Assembly: GCA_963535465.1 (NCBI GenBank) | Contig: CAUSWF010000004.1 | Coordinates: forward strand, 3,643 to 67,642 | Direction: 5' to 3' | DNA length: 64,000 bases | Source: an uncultured Erysipelotrichaceae bacterium | GTDB taxonomy: Bacteria > Bacillota_I > Bacilli_A > RF39 > UBA660 | Shown: positions 1 through 9,687 of the stretch, in pieces | How the letters are laid out: each line of letters begins with the position of its first letter | Position numbering within the stretch: the stretch's first letter is position 1 | Notes under the pieces: model-generated | What the model saw: the letters and a program-made list of their open reading frames with translations, nothing else | Told to the model about the DNA's origin: nothing | The model's database searches: none | Translations under genes and position numbers: made by a program

Positions 1-786
1 CAATATGTAGAAAAATATATAAGTTTTCTTAAAGATAATTTATTTGAAGAAGAAATATTATTAAGAAATTCAAATTTGTTTGAGGAAGATATTTTAAAGA
101 TTAATAGAGTTAAACAATCTGTTTTTATGGAAACTCCATATAAAATAGAAATGTCATTAATGGATAAAAATAATTTTGATAAAGAATTTGTATTACCAGA
201 AATATCATATGCAATAACAGAAGAAAATGGGGAAAAGATCTGTTATGTATATAGTATTATGAACAAAAATAAAGAAACAAAAGATGAAACAGCAGAACAA
301 ATTAAGTATAAAAAGAGAATATCAAGATTACTTTATAAATTAGATAGAGGAATTTTTGATATTGAAACTGAAGAATTTAAGGAATATAAAGAAGGAAAAA
401 GTGATTATTATCCAGAAAATGTAAGCGATGTATCAGTAAGTGCTGTTTTATCTTTATATATTTTCATTAATTTAATAAAAAATCATGTGAGTAAAATAAA
501 AGCTGTACCATATTTACCAATGAGATATTTATCAAGAGAAAATGCTAATGAAAATTTTAAGGACATAGATAAAAAAGAAGAACTTGAAACAAGAAATAAC
601 GATATTCAAAGAAATGCAACAGATAAATTTATAAGAACGTTTAGAAGAGTAAGTTTGTATATACCAGAAATGACTATTGATAGTTATCCTTATGAGTATG
701 ACGAGTTCCTTAATTGTTCTTTAACAGAATGTAATAAAGAAGCAATATCAAATGAAATTACCGATTCAATACCAAATAGAATATAA
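1..786 (+). CDS. hypothetical protein (5' partial; frame open from window edge)
   Basis: Frame 1 has no stop from base 1 to the listed ORF 76..786; Lys/Glu-rich; no recognisable motif. Confidence 0.45.
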   Translation, partial: QYVEKYISFLKDNLFEEEILLRNSNLFEEDILKINRVKQSVFMETPYKIEMSLMDKNNFDKEFVLPEISYAITEENGEKICYVYSIMNKNKETKDETAEQIKYKKRISRLLYKLDRGIFDIETEEFKEYKEGKSDYYPENVSDVSVSAVLSLYIFINLIKNHVSKIKAVPYLPMRYLSRENANENFKDIDKKEELETRNNDIQRNATDKFIRTFRRVSLYIPEMTIDSYPYEYDEFLNCSLTECNKEAISNEITDSIPNRI

Positions 787-837
787 TTTGATAATATTTA
801 TAGATAAAATAATTATATTTAATTGGAGGATATTTTT

Positions 838-1650
838 ATGAAAGAAAAAAGAAATTTTGTATTTAGGGTGACAATAATCCATCTATTAACTTATTTTATT
901 TGTGGGCTTATTTTTTCTAAATTATTTAATTATGAGTATTTATTTAAACTAAATAATGTTAAATATTTTATGAGAGATGCATATTCTTCAGCGAGTTTAA
1001 TAGGAATTTTAGTTCAGATAATAAGAGGAATAATATTAGGATTTATACTAATATGTTTTAAAGATAATATCTTAAAAAAGAAAAATGCATGGCTATACTT
1101 ATGGCTAGTATTTATAGGATTAGGTGTTATATGTACACCAGCTGCCTCTCCAGGTTCAATTGAAGGATTAATATACACTAAATTACCACTAGAATTTCAT
1201 TTAAAAATATTGCCAGAAATAATAATTCAGCCACTATTATTTTCGTTAATGATAACAAGCAATTTCAAATTTAAAATATCTGAAAGATTGAAAGCTCCAA
1301 TGATAGTTACAAGTATTGCAGCAATAGGTTTTTCATTAAGTGGGATTATATTAGCTTTAGCATTAAAAATTAATTTTATGGAAAGTGCAAAAGATCCTTA
1401 TGCGTTTATTGTAATGTTTATATCGTTAAGCATAGTTTTCTTTATGACTAAGCTTTATATGCAAAAAAGGAGTATAATTACAACAATATTGTATTATTCA
1501 GTTTGTTATTTTTCACTTGCGGTATTACCAACAATATATAATTATGAGACAAATTCATTGCTAAAATCTCCACTATCACTTTTATTTAGTGGATTACCTG
1601 TAATAGCAATAGCAATTTATTTGATAAAAAAAGGAGAAGATAATAATTAA
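838..1650 (+). CDS. polytopic membrane protein, unknown function
   Basis: ATG at 838 lies 7 nt after GGAGGA; multiple hydrophobic segments; the ORF track start at 823 is TTG without RBS. Confidence 0.5.
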   Translation: MKEKRNFVFRVTIIHLLTYFICGLIFSKLFNYEYLFKLNNVKYFMRDAYSSASLIGILVQIIRGIILGFILICFKDNILKKKNAWLYLWLVFIGLGVICTPAASPGSIEGLIYTKLPLEFHLKILPEIIIQPLLFSLMITSNFKFKISERLKAPMIVTSIAAIGFSLSGIILALALKINFMESAKDPYAFIVMFISLSIVFFMTKLYMQKRSIITTILYYSVCYFSLAVLPTIYNYETNSLLKSPLSLLFSGLPVIAIAIYLIKKGEDNN

Positions 1651-1744
1651 AAGTAGTGCTAAAATAAAATATTAACAGTGTAAATTGATAATAAATAATA
1701 AAAAAATATATTAATTTTTATAAAAAAATAGTAAAATAATATCA

Positions 1745-1832
1745 ACATCTTATGAAGAGTGATGGAGGGACTAGCCCGAAGATATCACACCAACCTATTA
1801 AATTAGGTGGTAAAGCTAGAACGATAAGGTAA
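1745..1832 (+). promoter_or_regulatory. SAM-I (S-box) riboswitch aptamer
   Basis: TCTTATGAAGAG...GATGGAGGGACTAGCCCGAAGA...CAACC...GGTGGTAAAGC...CGATAAGG matches the S-box consensus (CTCTTATCAAGAG-GGTGGAGGGACTGGCCCGATGA...GGTGCTAA...GATAAG). Confidence 0.8.
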
Positions 1833-1837
1833 CTTTG

Positions 1838-1874
1838 AAAACATCCAAAGCTATCTTGGATGTTTTTATTTATA
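1838..1874 (+). terminator. riboswitch expression-platform intrinsic terminator
   Basis: AAAACATCCAAAG-CTATC-TTGGATGTTTTTATTTAT: stem plus T-run immediately 3' of the aptamer. Confidence 0.65.
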
Positions 1875-1938
1875 TTAGAAAGGAGTAATAAATAGAAATA
1901 TCCTCTTAAGATGTAATAAAAAGAAAAGAGGAAATAAA

Positions 1939-2721
1939 ATGATAGAAAAAGTAAACCCAGCACATCCAGACAAAGTAGCTGATAGAATCGCAGGAGCTAT
2001 AGTAGATTTAGCTTATAAGAAAAATAAAAAACCAACCATAGCAGTAGAAGTATTATTAGGACATGGAGAATGTAATGTAATAATTGAAACTAGTGAATTA
2101 TTTAACAAAGAAGAAATAGAGAGTATAGTAGAAAGAATTACTGGTAAATTAAACATAAATCTAAAAGTAGTTAAACAAGACATACATTTATTAACTAATC
2201 AAAATAATAAATTAAGATGTGGAGATAATGGAATATTTAAAGGAAAGCCACTAAGAGAAGAAGATAAAAAATTATCAACTATTGCAAGAAAGTTATATAA
2301 AGAATATAAAACTGATGGTAAATATATTTTAGATAAAGATAAACTTATAATATGCCAAAGCAATGCTAAAAATAGTGATTTAATAAAAGATTATCCTAAC
2401 GCTATAATAAATCCATTAGGAGAATGGACTGGAGGACTTAATGTTGATTCTGGCGCAACAAATAGAAAACTAGGTTCAGATATGGCAGAATCTGTAACAG
2501 GAGGAGGACTACATGGAAAAGACCTATCTAAAGCAGACGTGTCAATCAATATATATTGCTTTTTAAAAGCACAAAAAGAAGGAAAAGAAGTATCTATTAG
2601 TTGTGCAATAGGTGATGAAACAGTTGATAATAAACCATATGAAGAAATAGTAGAGATAGCTAAAAAATATATAGAAGAAATTGGTGGATTTGAAAAATTT
2701 GCTGAATGGGGACTATATTAA
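1939..2721 (+). CDS. S-adenosylmethionine synthetase-like protein, unusually short (260 aa)
   Basis: AHPDKVADRIAGAIVD ~ MetK GHPDKIADQISDAVLD; GDNGIFKG ~ GAGDQGLMFG; INPLGEWTGG...GGGLHGKDLSKADVS ~ INPTGRFVIGG...GGGAFSGKDPSKVDRS; S-box riboswitch upstream. Confidence 0.6.
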   Translation: MIEKVNPAHPDKVADRIAGAIVDLAYKKNKKPTIAVEVLLGHGECNVIIETSELFNKEEIESIVERITGKLNINLKVVKQDIHLLTNQNNKLRCGDNGIFKGKPLREEDKKLSTIARKLYKEYKTDGKYILDKDKLIICQSNAKNSDLIKDYPNAIINPLGEWTGGLNVDSGATNRKLGSDMAESVTGGGLHGKDLSKADVSINIYCFLKAQKEGKEVSISCAIGDETVDNKPYEEIVEIAKKYIEEIGGFEKFAEWGLY

Positions 2722-2748
2722 TATCCACAACTAATGTGGATATTTTTT
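2721..2748 (+). terminator. intrinsic terminator; copy of dispersed ATATCCACA..TGTGGATAT hairpin repeat
   Basis: ATATCCACAACTAATGTGGATATTTTTT directly after the metK-like stop. Confidence 0.6.
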
Positions 2749-2814
2749 AATCACATAAAAGTTTTCATCAATACCTGTTAATAATTTGTTATAATTTATT
2801 ATGAGGAGTAATAT

Positions 2815-3906
2815 ATGGAAAAGAATGAAATATTAAAAAAATTAGAAAATCTGTTACAAGAAATAAATGAAATATATACTTCTGTAGATATACCTAAAAA
2901 AGAAGAAGAGATAGCAGATTTAGAAAAAATAACTCATGAAGAAAATTTTTGGAATGATTCTAATAAAGCTAGTGAAATATTAAAAAAGATAAAATCAAAG
3001 AAAGATTTAGTTTTAAATATCAAAAATATAAAGAAACAAATAGAAGATAATTTAGAACTAATTGAAATAATGGAGGAATCAGAATATAAAAATATAGAAG
3101 AAGATATTGAAAAATTATCTAAAGAAAAAGAAGAATTAAGCTTATTATTAATGCTAAATAAGCCATATGATAACGAAGATTGTATTTTAGAAATACATTC
3201 AGGAGCAGGGGGAACAGAAGCATGTGATTGGGCTAATATGCTCTATCGAGCTTATTCTAGATATATAGAAAATCATAATTTTAAACAAGAAATAATTTCA
3301 ATTGAAAGAGGTCTTGAAGTAGGAATAAAAAGTATATCAATAAAAGTATCTGGAGAAAACGCCTACGGTTATTTAAAAAATGAAAGAGGAGTACATAGAT
3401 TGGTAAGACTTTCCCCTTTTGATTCTAATAATAAAAGACATACATCTTTTGCATCTATCGAAGTAACTCCTGATATAAAAGAAGATATTGATATAAATAT
3501 TGATGAAAAAGATTTAAGAATAGATATTTATAGATCAAGCGGTAATGGAGGACAAGGAGTAAATACAACAGACTCAGCCGTAAGAATTACACACATTCCA
3601 ACTAAAATAGTAGTAACTTGTCAAAATGAAAGAAGTCAAATACAAAATAAAGAAGAAGCACTTAGAGTATTAAAGTCTAAATTACTAATAATAAAACTAG
3701 AAGAAGAAGAAAATAAATTACGACAAATAAAAGGAGAACAAAAGAATATAGAGTTTGGGTCTCAAATAAGAAGTTATGTCATGCAACCATATACTATGGT
3801 AAAAGATCATAGAACAGGATATGAAACAAGTGATGTAGATAAAGTATTAGATGGAGACTTTGACAGTTTCATAGAAGAAAATTTAAAAAGAGAATTAGCA
3901 AGCTAA
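2815..3906 (+). CDS. prfB: peptide chain release factor 2
   Basis: SPF tripeptide (RLSPFDS) and GGQ (GNGGQGVNTTDSAVRITHIPT); single continuous frame. Confidence 0.9.
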   Translation: MEKNEILKKLENLLQEINEIYTSVDIPKKEEEIADLEKITHEENFWNDSNKASEILKKIKSKKDLVLNIKNIKKQIEDNLELIEIMEESEYKNIEEDIEKLSKEKEELSLLLMLNKPYDNEDCILEIHSGAGGTEACDWANMLYRAYSRYIENHNFKQEIISIERGLEVGIKSISIKVSGENAYGYLKNERGVHRLVRLSPFDSNNKRHTSFASIEVTPDIKEDIDINIDEKDLRIDIYRSSGNGGQGVNTTDSAVRITHIPTKIVVTCQNERSQIQNKEEALRVLKSKLLIIKLEEEENKLRQIKGEQKNIEFGSQIRSYVMQPYTMVKDHRTGYETSDVDKVLDGDFDSFIEENLKRELAS

Positions 3907-4010
3907 TATTTACAATAAAAAAGTAAAATATTAAAATACATTAATTTAAAATGCAAAGTATAATAATATATATGATATAATATTATATGACTAAAGATGG
4001 AGGACTATAG

Positions 4011-4709
4011 ATGGATTTAATCAGAATTAAAAATGTAGAAAAAAAATATAAAAATGGTGTAACAGCTATATACGATTTAAACCTTTCTATAGAAAAGGGA
4101 GCTTTTGCATTTTTAATTGGAGGTTCAGGATCAGGGAAATCCACATTAATTAAAATGTTATATAGAGAAGAAAAGCCAACAAAAGGACAAATAATAGTAG
4201 GTGGACTTGATGTAGCAAAATTAAAAAATAGAAAAGTATATAAACTAAGAAGAAAATTAGGAATAGTATTCCAAGACTACAGATTACTACCTAAATTAAC
4301 TGTATATGAAAATGTAGCTTTCACATTAGAGGTAATAGGTGAAAAAGGAAGCGAAATAAGACCTAAAGTATTAAAAGCTTTAGAAGAAGTAGGATTAAAA
4401 AATAAAGTGCATAACTATCCAGATAAATTATCAGGTGGAGAACAACAACGTGTAGCAATAGCAAGAGCAATAGTAAATGATCCAAAACTATTAATATGTG
4501 ACGAGCCAACTGGAAACCTAGACCCAGAAATGTCTATGGAAATTATGAAGGTGTTAGAAGAAATAAATGAAAAAAGAGGTACTACTATTCTAATGGCAAC
4601 TCATGATAAAGAAATCGTAAATCAAATGCAAAAACAAGTAATAACTTTAAAAGAGGGAAGACTAGTCAGTTATCAAAAGAAAGGAAAATATCATAATGAA
4701 ATTTCTTAG
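4011..4709 (+). CDS. ftsE: cell-division ABC ATPase FtsE
   Basis: Walker A GGSGSGKST, signature LSGGEQQR, Walker B LLICDEPTGNLD; overlaps ftsX. Confidence 0.9.
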   Translation: MDLIRIKNVEKKYKNGVTAIYDLNLSIEKGAFAFLIGGSGSGKSTLIKMLYREEKPTKGQIIVGGLDVAKLKNRKVYKLRRKLGIVFQDYRLLPKLTVYENVAFTLEVIGEKGSEIRPKVLKALEEVGLKNKVHNYPDKLSGGEQQRVAIARAIVNDPKLLICDEPTGNLDPEMSMEIMKVLEEINEKRGTTILMATHDKEIVNQMQKQVITLKEGRLVSYQKKGKYHNEIS

Positions 4710-5595
4710 AATGTTAGGAAGAAGCTTCAGAGATGCATTAAAGAGTACAATAAGAAACTTTAGTTTATCTCTAGCATCAATATCAAGTATTACAATAACA
4801 CTAGTAATAGTTGCACTTGCTCTACTAGCATCTTTTAATGTATCTGAATTTACAAAAGCTATAGAAAAAGATTTAACAATAGTAGTTTTTTTAGAAAGAA
4901 GTACTACTAAAGAACAATTAGAAACAACTGCTAAGAATATCAGAAAAATGGATAATATTGCATCTCTTAAAGTAATACCTAAACAAGAAGTAAAAAAAGA
5001 TATATCTGCACAATCAGAAACTCTAGGAAAAGTTCTTGAAAATTTTAAAGATGATTCCAATCCATTAAAGGATACAATAGAAATAAAAGTAAATGATATA
5101 AATGAAATTAAAAAGACTGCAAATGCAATAAAACAAGAGAAAAATGTATATGCAGTAAAATATGGTGAAGGAATGGTAGATCAAATGGTATCTGCTTTCA
5201 CATCAATAAGATATGTAGGATATGGTATTGTAATAACTTTAATATTAGTAACAATATTCTTAGTAATAAATACAATTAAACTAACTATTTCAGCAAGAGG
5301 AAGAGAAATAGGAATAATGAGACTAGTAGGAGCAAGTAATTTTACAATAAAAACTCCATTCATAATAGAAGGATTGTTCTTAGGAATACTAGGTTCAATA
5401 ATACCAATACTATTCACAACATATGGTTATATATATTTCTATAAAAAATATAATGGACATTTATTTAGCCCTTTAATTAAATTAATAGAACCTAATATGT
5501 TTGTATACCAAGTATCTTTAATAATTTTAGGTATTGGAATACTAGTAGGAATGATAGGATCATCTAGTGCAGTAAGGAGGTATTTAAAGATTTAA
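4696..5595 (+). CDS. ftsX: cell-division permease FtsX
   Basis: N-terminal TM, periplasmic domain, C-terminal 3 TM; coupled to ftsE. Confidence 0.85.
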   Translation: MKFLRMLGRSFRDALKSTIRNFSLSLASISSITITLVIVALALLASFNVSEFTKAIEKDLTIVVFLERSTTKEQLETTAKNIRKMDNIASLKVIPKQEVKKDISAQSETLGKVLENFKDDSNPLKDTIEIKVNDINEIKKTANAIKQEKNVYAVKYGEGMVDQMVSAFTSIRYVGYGIVITLILVTIFLVINTIKLTISARGREIGIMRLVGASNFTIKTPFIIEGLFLGILGSIIPILFTTYGYIYFYKKYNGHLFSPLIKLIEPNMFVYQVSLIILGIGILVGMIGSSSAVRRYLKI

Positions 5596-6758
5596 TGAAA
5601 AAAATAATTATACTTATAAGTATCTTATTAATAACAATTGTTCCACTTAACGCTCAAGCAAAAACAATATCAGAGTTTGAAGCAGAAGTAGACCGTTTTA
5701 CAAAAGATTTACAAGACAAACAAAGAAAATTAGTTACTAACGCAGAAGAAGTAGCCAAAATAAAAAGAAAAATTGCTGTAATAGAAACGCAAATATTCGA
5801 AGGAAAAAAAGAGGCAGCTGCATTAGAAGAAGAAATAAAAAAATCTAATGAAGAAATAAAGAAGAAAGTAGAAGAATCAAAAGCAATATTAGAATATTAT
5901 CAAATATCTAACGGAGATAATGCGTATTTAGAGTATGCTTTTGGTGCAAAATCTATTACAGATATGATATATAGAATGTCAGTAATAGAACAATTAACTG
6001 AATATAACGATAAAGTTATGAAAGAGTTAGAAGAACTAATCGCAAGAAATGAAGCACGTAAAAAAGAATTAAAGAAAAAAGAAGAAGACTTAAATAGAAT
6101 GAGTGTTAATTTAGAAGAGGAAAAAAGAAGAATTAACATGGATTCTGCTAGTATAAGAGAAACAATGCCATCCATCGAGCAACAAATAAAATCAGCAAAA
6201 GCTAATATCGAATATTATAAATCCCTTAAATGTGGAAGAGATGAAGATATAGCTAGATGCCAATATCGAATAGAACAAGCAAACGGTGGATCAACTGGAA
6301 GTGTACCAAGTACTAATGGATTTTTAAGACCTATGGAGTATGGTTATGTTACGCAAAGATATGGAGGATATGGAGGACACTTAGGTGTAGATTTATCATC
6401 TTCTGATAAAGGAATTGCTATATATCCAATTGCTACAGGTAGAGTATGGAAAATAATGTATGATCCAGCAGGAGCTTTAGTAGTGAAGATTAAACATAAT
6501 TATAATGGAAGATATATCTATTCAACTTATGCCCATTTCTCAAGATTTGGTAATATTTCAGAAGGACAAATAGTAACACCTTATACAGCTATAGGATATA
6601 TGGGATCAACTGGAAACTCAACAGGACCACATTTACATATGGAACTTACATCATGTGACTGGAATAGAGGTGGAGGATGTACATGGGGAACATATCAAAG
6701 AAGTACATTAAATCCATTTAATTATGTTGAATTACCATCTAGATGGAATAATAGATAG
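5595..6758 (+). CDS. coiled-coil M23 family peptidoglycan hydrolase (PcsB/EnvC-like, FtsEX-associated)
   Basis: Signal peptide, long coiled coil, C-terminal M23 motifs (HLGVDL...GSTGNSTGPHLHMEL). Confidence 0.8.
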   Translation: MKKIIILISILLITIVPLNAQAKTISEFEAEVDRFTKDLQDKQRKLVTNAEEVAKIKRKIAVIETQIFEGKKEAAALEEEIKKSNEEIKKKVEESKAILEYYQISNGDNAYLEYAFGAKSITDMIYRMSVIEQLTEYNDKVMKELEELIARNEARKKELKKKEEDLNRMSVNLEEEKRRINMDSASIRETMPSIEQQIKSAKANIEYYKSLKCGRDEDIARCQYRIEQANGGSTGSVPSTNGFLRPMEYGYVTQRYGGYGGHLGVDLSSSDKGIAIYPIATGRVWKIMYDPAGALVVKIKHNYNGRYIYSTYAHFSRFGNISEGQIVTPYTAIGYMGSTGNSTGPHLHMELTSCDWNRGGGCTWGTYQRSTLNPFNYVELPSRWNNR

Positions 6759-6780
6759 TGAACTTTAAGTTCACTTTTTA
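6758..6780 (+). terminator. intrinsic terminator
   Basis: GTGAACTTTAAGTTCAC hairpin plus TTTTTA. Confidence 0.55.
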
Positions 6781-6829
6781 TTTTAATTAGAAAATGAAAA
6801 TGATATAATAAGCGAAAGGAGTCGATAGT

Positions 6830-8776
6830 ATGTTTGAACTTATATCTAAATTTACTCCATCAGGAGATCAACCCAAAGCTATAAAAGAATTGGTAGAAGG
6901 AATAAACAAAGGTAAAAAAGAACAAGTCTTATTAGGAGCGACAGGAACAGGAAAAACTTTCACTATAGCAAACGTTATAAAAGAGACTAATAAACCAACG
7001 CTAGTGCTTGCACATAATAAAACTTTAGCTGGACAATTATATGCTGAATTAAAAGAATTATTTCCAAATAATCATGTAGAGTATTTTGTATCGTATTATG
7101 ACTACTATCAACCAGAAGCGTACGTTCCCCAAACAGATACATATATAGAAAAGGACTCATCAATAAACGATGAAATAGATGAATTAAGACATGCCGCAAC
7201 ATCATCCTTATTATCATATAGAGATACAATAGTAGTCGCATCTGTATCGTGTATTTATGGTATTGGAGAAGTAGAAGAATACCGTAATAATATGCTAACT
7301 GTATCAGTAAATCAGAAAATAGAACGAGACGAAGTTTTAAATAAACTAATAGATATGCAATATGAAAGAAATGATATTGATTTTAAGAGAACAACATTTA
7401 GAGTAAGAGGAGACCTTTTAGAAATAATTCCTGCAAATACTGATTCATACGGATACAGAATAGAATTCTTTGATGATGAAATAGATAGAATATCAGTAAT
7501 AGACCCACTAACAGGAGGCATAAAAGAATCTAAAAAGACAGTTTCAATATTTCCAGCAAGCCACTATGTAATAAGCAAAGAAAGCCTTGAAAAAGGAGTA
7601 GCTAGAATAAAAAAAGAGTTAGGAATAAGACTAGAAGAATTAAAACAAGAAAATAAATTAGTTGCTTATGAAAGATTAGATACAAGAACAAGACATGATA
7701 TAGAAATGTTAGAAGAAACAGGTTTTTGTTCTGGAATAGAAAACTACTCAGCACCTATGGCTGGTAGAAATCCAGGAGAAACTCCAACTACACTAATGGA
7801 TTTCTTTCCAAAAGATTATCTATTAGTTGTAGATGAATCACATGTCACATTACCACAAGTAAGAGCTATGTATAATGGAGATAGAGCAAGAAAACAAAAT
7901 CTAGTAGATTTTGGATTCCGTTTACCAAGTGCCCTAGATAATAGGCCACTAAAATATGATGAATTTGAATCTAAAATAAATCAAGCAATCTATATTTCGG
8001 CAACACCTGGAGATTTAGAACTAGAACACACAAATAATCAATATGTCGAACAAATTATAAGACCAACTGGTCTATTAGACCCAACTATAGAAGTAAGAAA
8101 AACAGAAGGACAAATAGACGATTTAATAAATGAAATAAAAGAAAAAATAGAATTAAATGAAAGAGTATTAGTAACAACACTAACAATTAGAATGGCTGAA
8201 GAGTTAACAGCATACTTAAAAAAACTAGATATAAAAGTTGCCTATCTCCATAGTGAAGTAAAGACACTAGACCGACTTCAAATAATACATGATTTAAGAG
8301 AAGGAAAGTATGATGTACTAATAGGGATTAACTTACTAAGAGAAGGTTTAGATATTCCAGAAGTTAGTTTAATCGCAATACTAGATGCAGATAAAGAAGG
8401 TTTCTTAAGAAGTACTAGAAGCCTTATACAAACTATAGGTAGATGTGCGAGAAACTCAAAAGGTCATGTAATAATGTATGGCGATAAAATTACAGATTCT
8501 ATGCAAGAAGCAATAGAAGAAACTTCAAGACGTAGAAAAATACAAGAAGAATATAATAAGAAGCACAATATAACACCAACTACAATCAAAAAAGATATCA
8601 GAGAAGTTATCTCTAACTCTAATAATAAAACATCCAAATCAAATAAAAAGATGACCAAACTAGAATCTTCTAAGATAAAAGAAGAAATAGAATTAGAAAT
8701 GAGAGAAGCTGCAAAGAATCTAGACTTTGAAAGAGCAATGGAATTGCGCGATATATTATTTGAAATGGAAAAATAA
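6830..8776 (+). CDS. uvrB: excinuclease ABC subunit B
   Basis: [10 protein letters not shown] Walker A, helicase motifs, C-terminal UVR domain ([11 protein letters not shown]). Confidence 0.95.
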   Translation: MFELISKFTPSGDQPKAIKELVEGINKGKKEQVLLGATGTGKTFTIANVIKETNKPTLVLAHNKTLAGQLYAELKELFPNNHVEYFVSYYDYYQPEAYVPQTDTYIEKDSSINDEIDELRHAATSSLLSYRDTIVVASVSCIYGIGEVEEYRNNMLTVSVNQKIERDEVLNKLIDMQYERNDIDFKRTTFRVRGDLLEIIPANTDSYGYRIEFFDDEIDRISVIDPLTGGIKESKKTVSIFPASHYVISKESLEKGVARIKKELGIRLEELKQENKLVAYERLDTRTRHDIEMLEETGFCSGIENYSAPMAGRNPGETPTTLMDFFPKDYLLVVDESHVTLPQVRAMYNGDRARKQNLVDFGFRLPSALDNRPLKYDEFESKINQAIYISATPGDLELEHTNNQYVEQIIRPTGLLDPTIEVRKTEGQIDDLINEIKEKIELNERVLVTTLTIRMAEELTAYLKKLDIKVAYLHSEVKTLDRLQIIHDLREGKYDVLIGINLLREGLDIPEVSLIAILDADKEGFLRSTRSLIQTIGRCARNSKGHVIMYGDKITDSMQEAIEETSRRRKIQEEYNKKHNITPTTIKKDIREVISNSNNKTSKSNKKMTKLESSKIKEEIELEMREAAKNLDFERAMELRDILFEMEK

Positions 8777-8809
8777 AAACTTTATGTTATAATAAGTATG
8801 GAGGGACTT

Positions 8810-9157
8810 ATGGAAGAAAAAGAATTTAAAACAATAAAATATGATGATTTTGCAAAATTAGAATTAAAAATAGGTGAAGTATTAGAATGTACAAAACATC
8901 CAGATGCAGATAAACTATTAGTATTTAAATTAAATTTTGGTAATCATGAAAGAACAATAGTATCAGGATTAGCTGAATTCTATGAACCTAGTGAATTAGT
9001 AGGTAAACATTTAGCAGCAGTACTAAATTTAGAACCAAGAAAATTAAGAGGAATAGAATCACATGGTATGATATTAACTACTGAATATGTAGAAGATGGA
9101 CAAGAATTTGTTCAAGTAATAGAAACAACATTACCAGCAGGATCAATCATTTGCTAA
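8810..9157 (+). CDS. tRNA-binding domain protein (CsaA/YgjH-like)
   Basis: LDLKIGxV...HPDADKL...SGL...GxxSxGMIL pattern of the EMAP/CsaA tRNA-binding fold; ATG at 8810 follows GGAGGGA. Confidence 0.75.
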   Translation: MEEKEFKTIKYDDFAKLELKIGEVLECTKHPDADKLLVFKLNFGNHERTIVSGLAEFYEPSELVGKHLAAVLNLEPRKLRGIESHGMILTTEYVEDGQEFVQVIETTLPAGSIIC

Positions 9158-9187
9158 AAAAACTCCACAATGTGGAGCTTTTTTATT
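9156..9187. terminator. bidirectional terminator between convergent genes
   Basis: AAAAAACTCCACAATGTGGAGCTTTTTTATT: palindrome with A-run and T-run on either side. Confidence 0.55.
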
Positions 9188-9503
9188 CTTCATACTTTTG
9201 TTGTGATACAAATTTAGCAATCATTTCAGCAACTTTTTTATCTTTCGCAGATAAAAGAGAAAAATAACTATAATTACTAATATCAGTATCGATTTCATTA
9301 ATAGGCAAATCAAAATCAGTCAGATCAAGTAAATAATCTATATTTGTATGTAATAGTTTAGCCATTTTAATTAAGGTGTCAGCACTAGGTAACGCTTTAC
9401 CAGACTCATAAGCACTAATAGTTTCTTGAGTAACACCTATTTCCATCGCAAGTCTAACTTGATTAATATTTCTTTTATTTCTTATAATTTTTAAATTTTT
9501 CAT
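9183..9503 (-). CDS. XRE-family HTH transcriptional regulator
   Basis: QVRLAMEIGVTQETISAYESGKALPSADTLIKMAKLL is a canonical Cro/C1 HTH. Confidence 0.8.
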   Translation of the reverse strand: MKNLKIIRNKRNINQVRLAMEIGVTQETISAYESGKALPSADTLIKMAKLLHTNIDYLLDLTDFDLPINEIDTDISNYSYFSLLSAKDKKVAEMIAKFVSQQKYEE

Positions 9504-9687
9504 ATTACCTCTAAATATAATTTTATAAAAATAAAAAGAATATTATAGATATACGCTTTATATAAATATAAATACATTTTATATAAATTAATATAATAAA
9601 ATAAAATGTAATCTTTTTATTTAAATAGTCTATTTCGATTTATAAAAATTAAAAATTATGATAAAATAACACCAGAAATGAGGAATT

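Noticed and set aside
823-837. TTG start at 823 for the membrane protein
   Set aside because: 823-825 overlaps the GGAGGA RBS; ATG at 838 is properly spaced.
1742-1963. 73-aa minus-strand ORF
   Set aside because: Lies antisense across the SAM riboswitch and the metK-like start; low-complexity F/L/Y translation typical of AT-rich antisense frames.
6757-6775. GAAC-N5-GTTC palindrome resembling a LexA/Cheo box upstream of uvrB
   Set aside because: Spacer is 5, not 4; it is a perfect stem followed by a T-run immediately after the M23 stop, so it is more simply a terminator.
5181-7521. Short minus-strand ORFs within ftsX, the M23 gene and uvrB
   Set aside because: Antisense to motif-supported genes; no RBS; compositionally biased.
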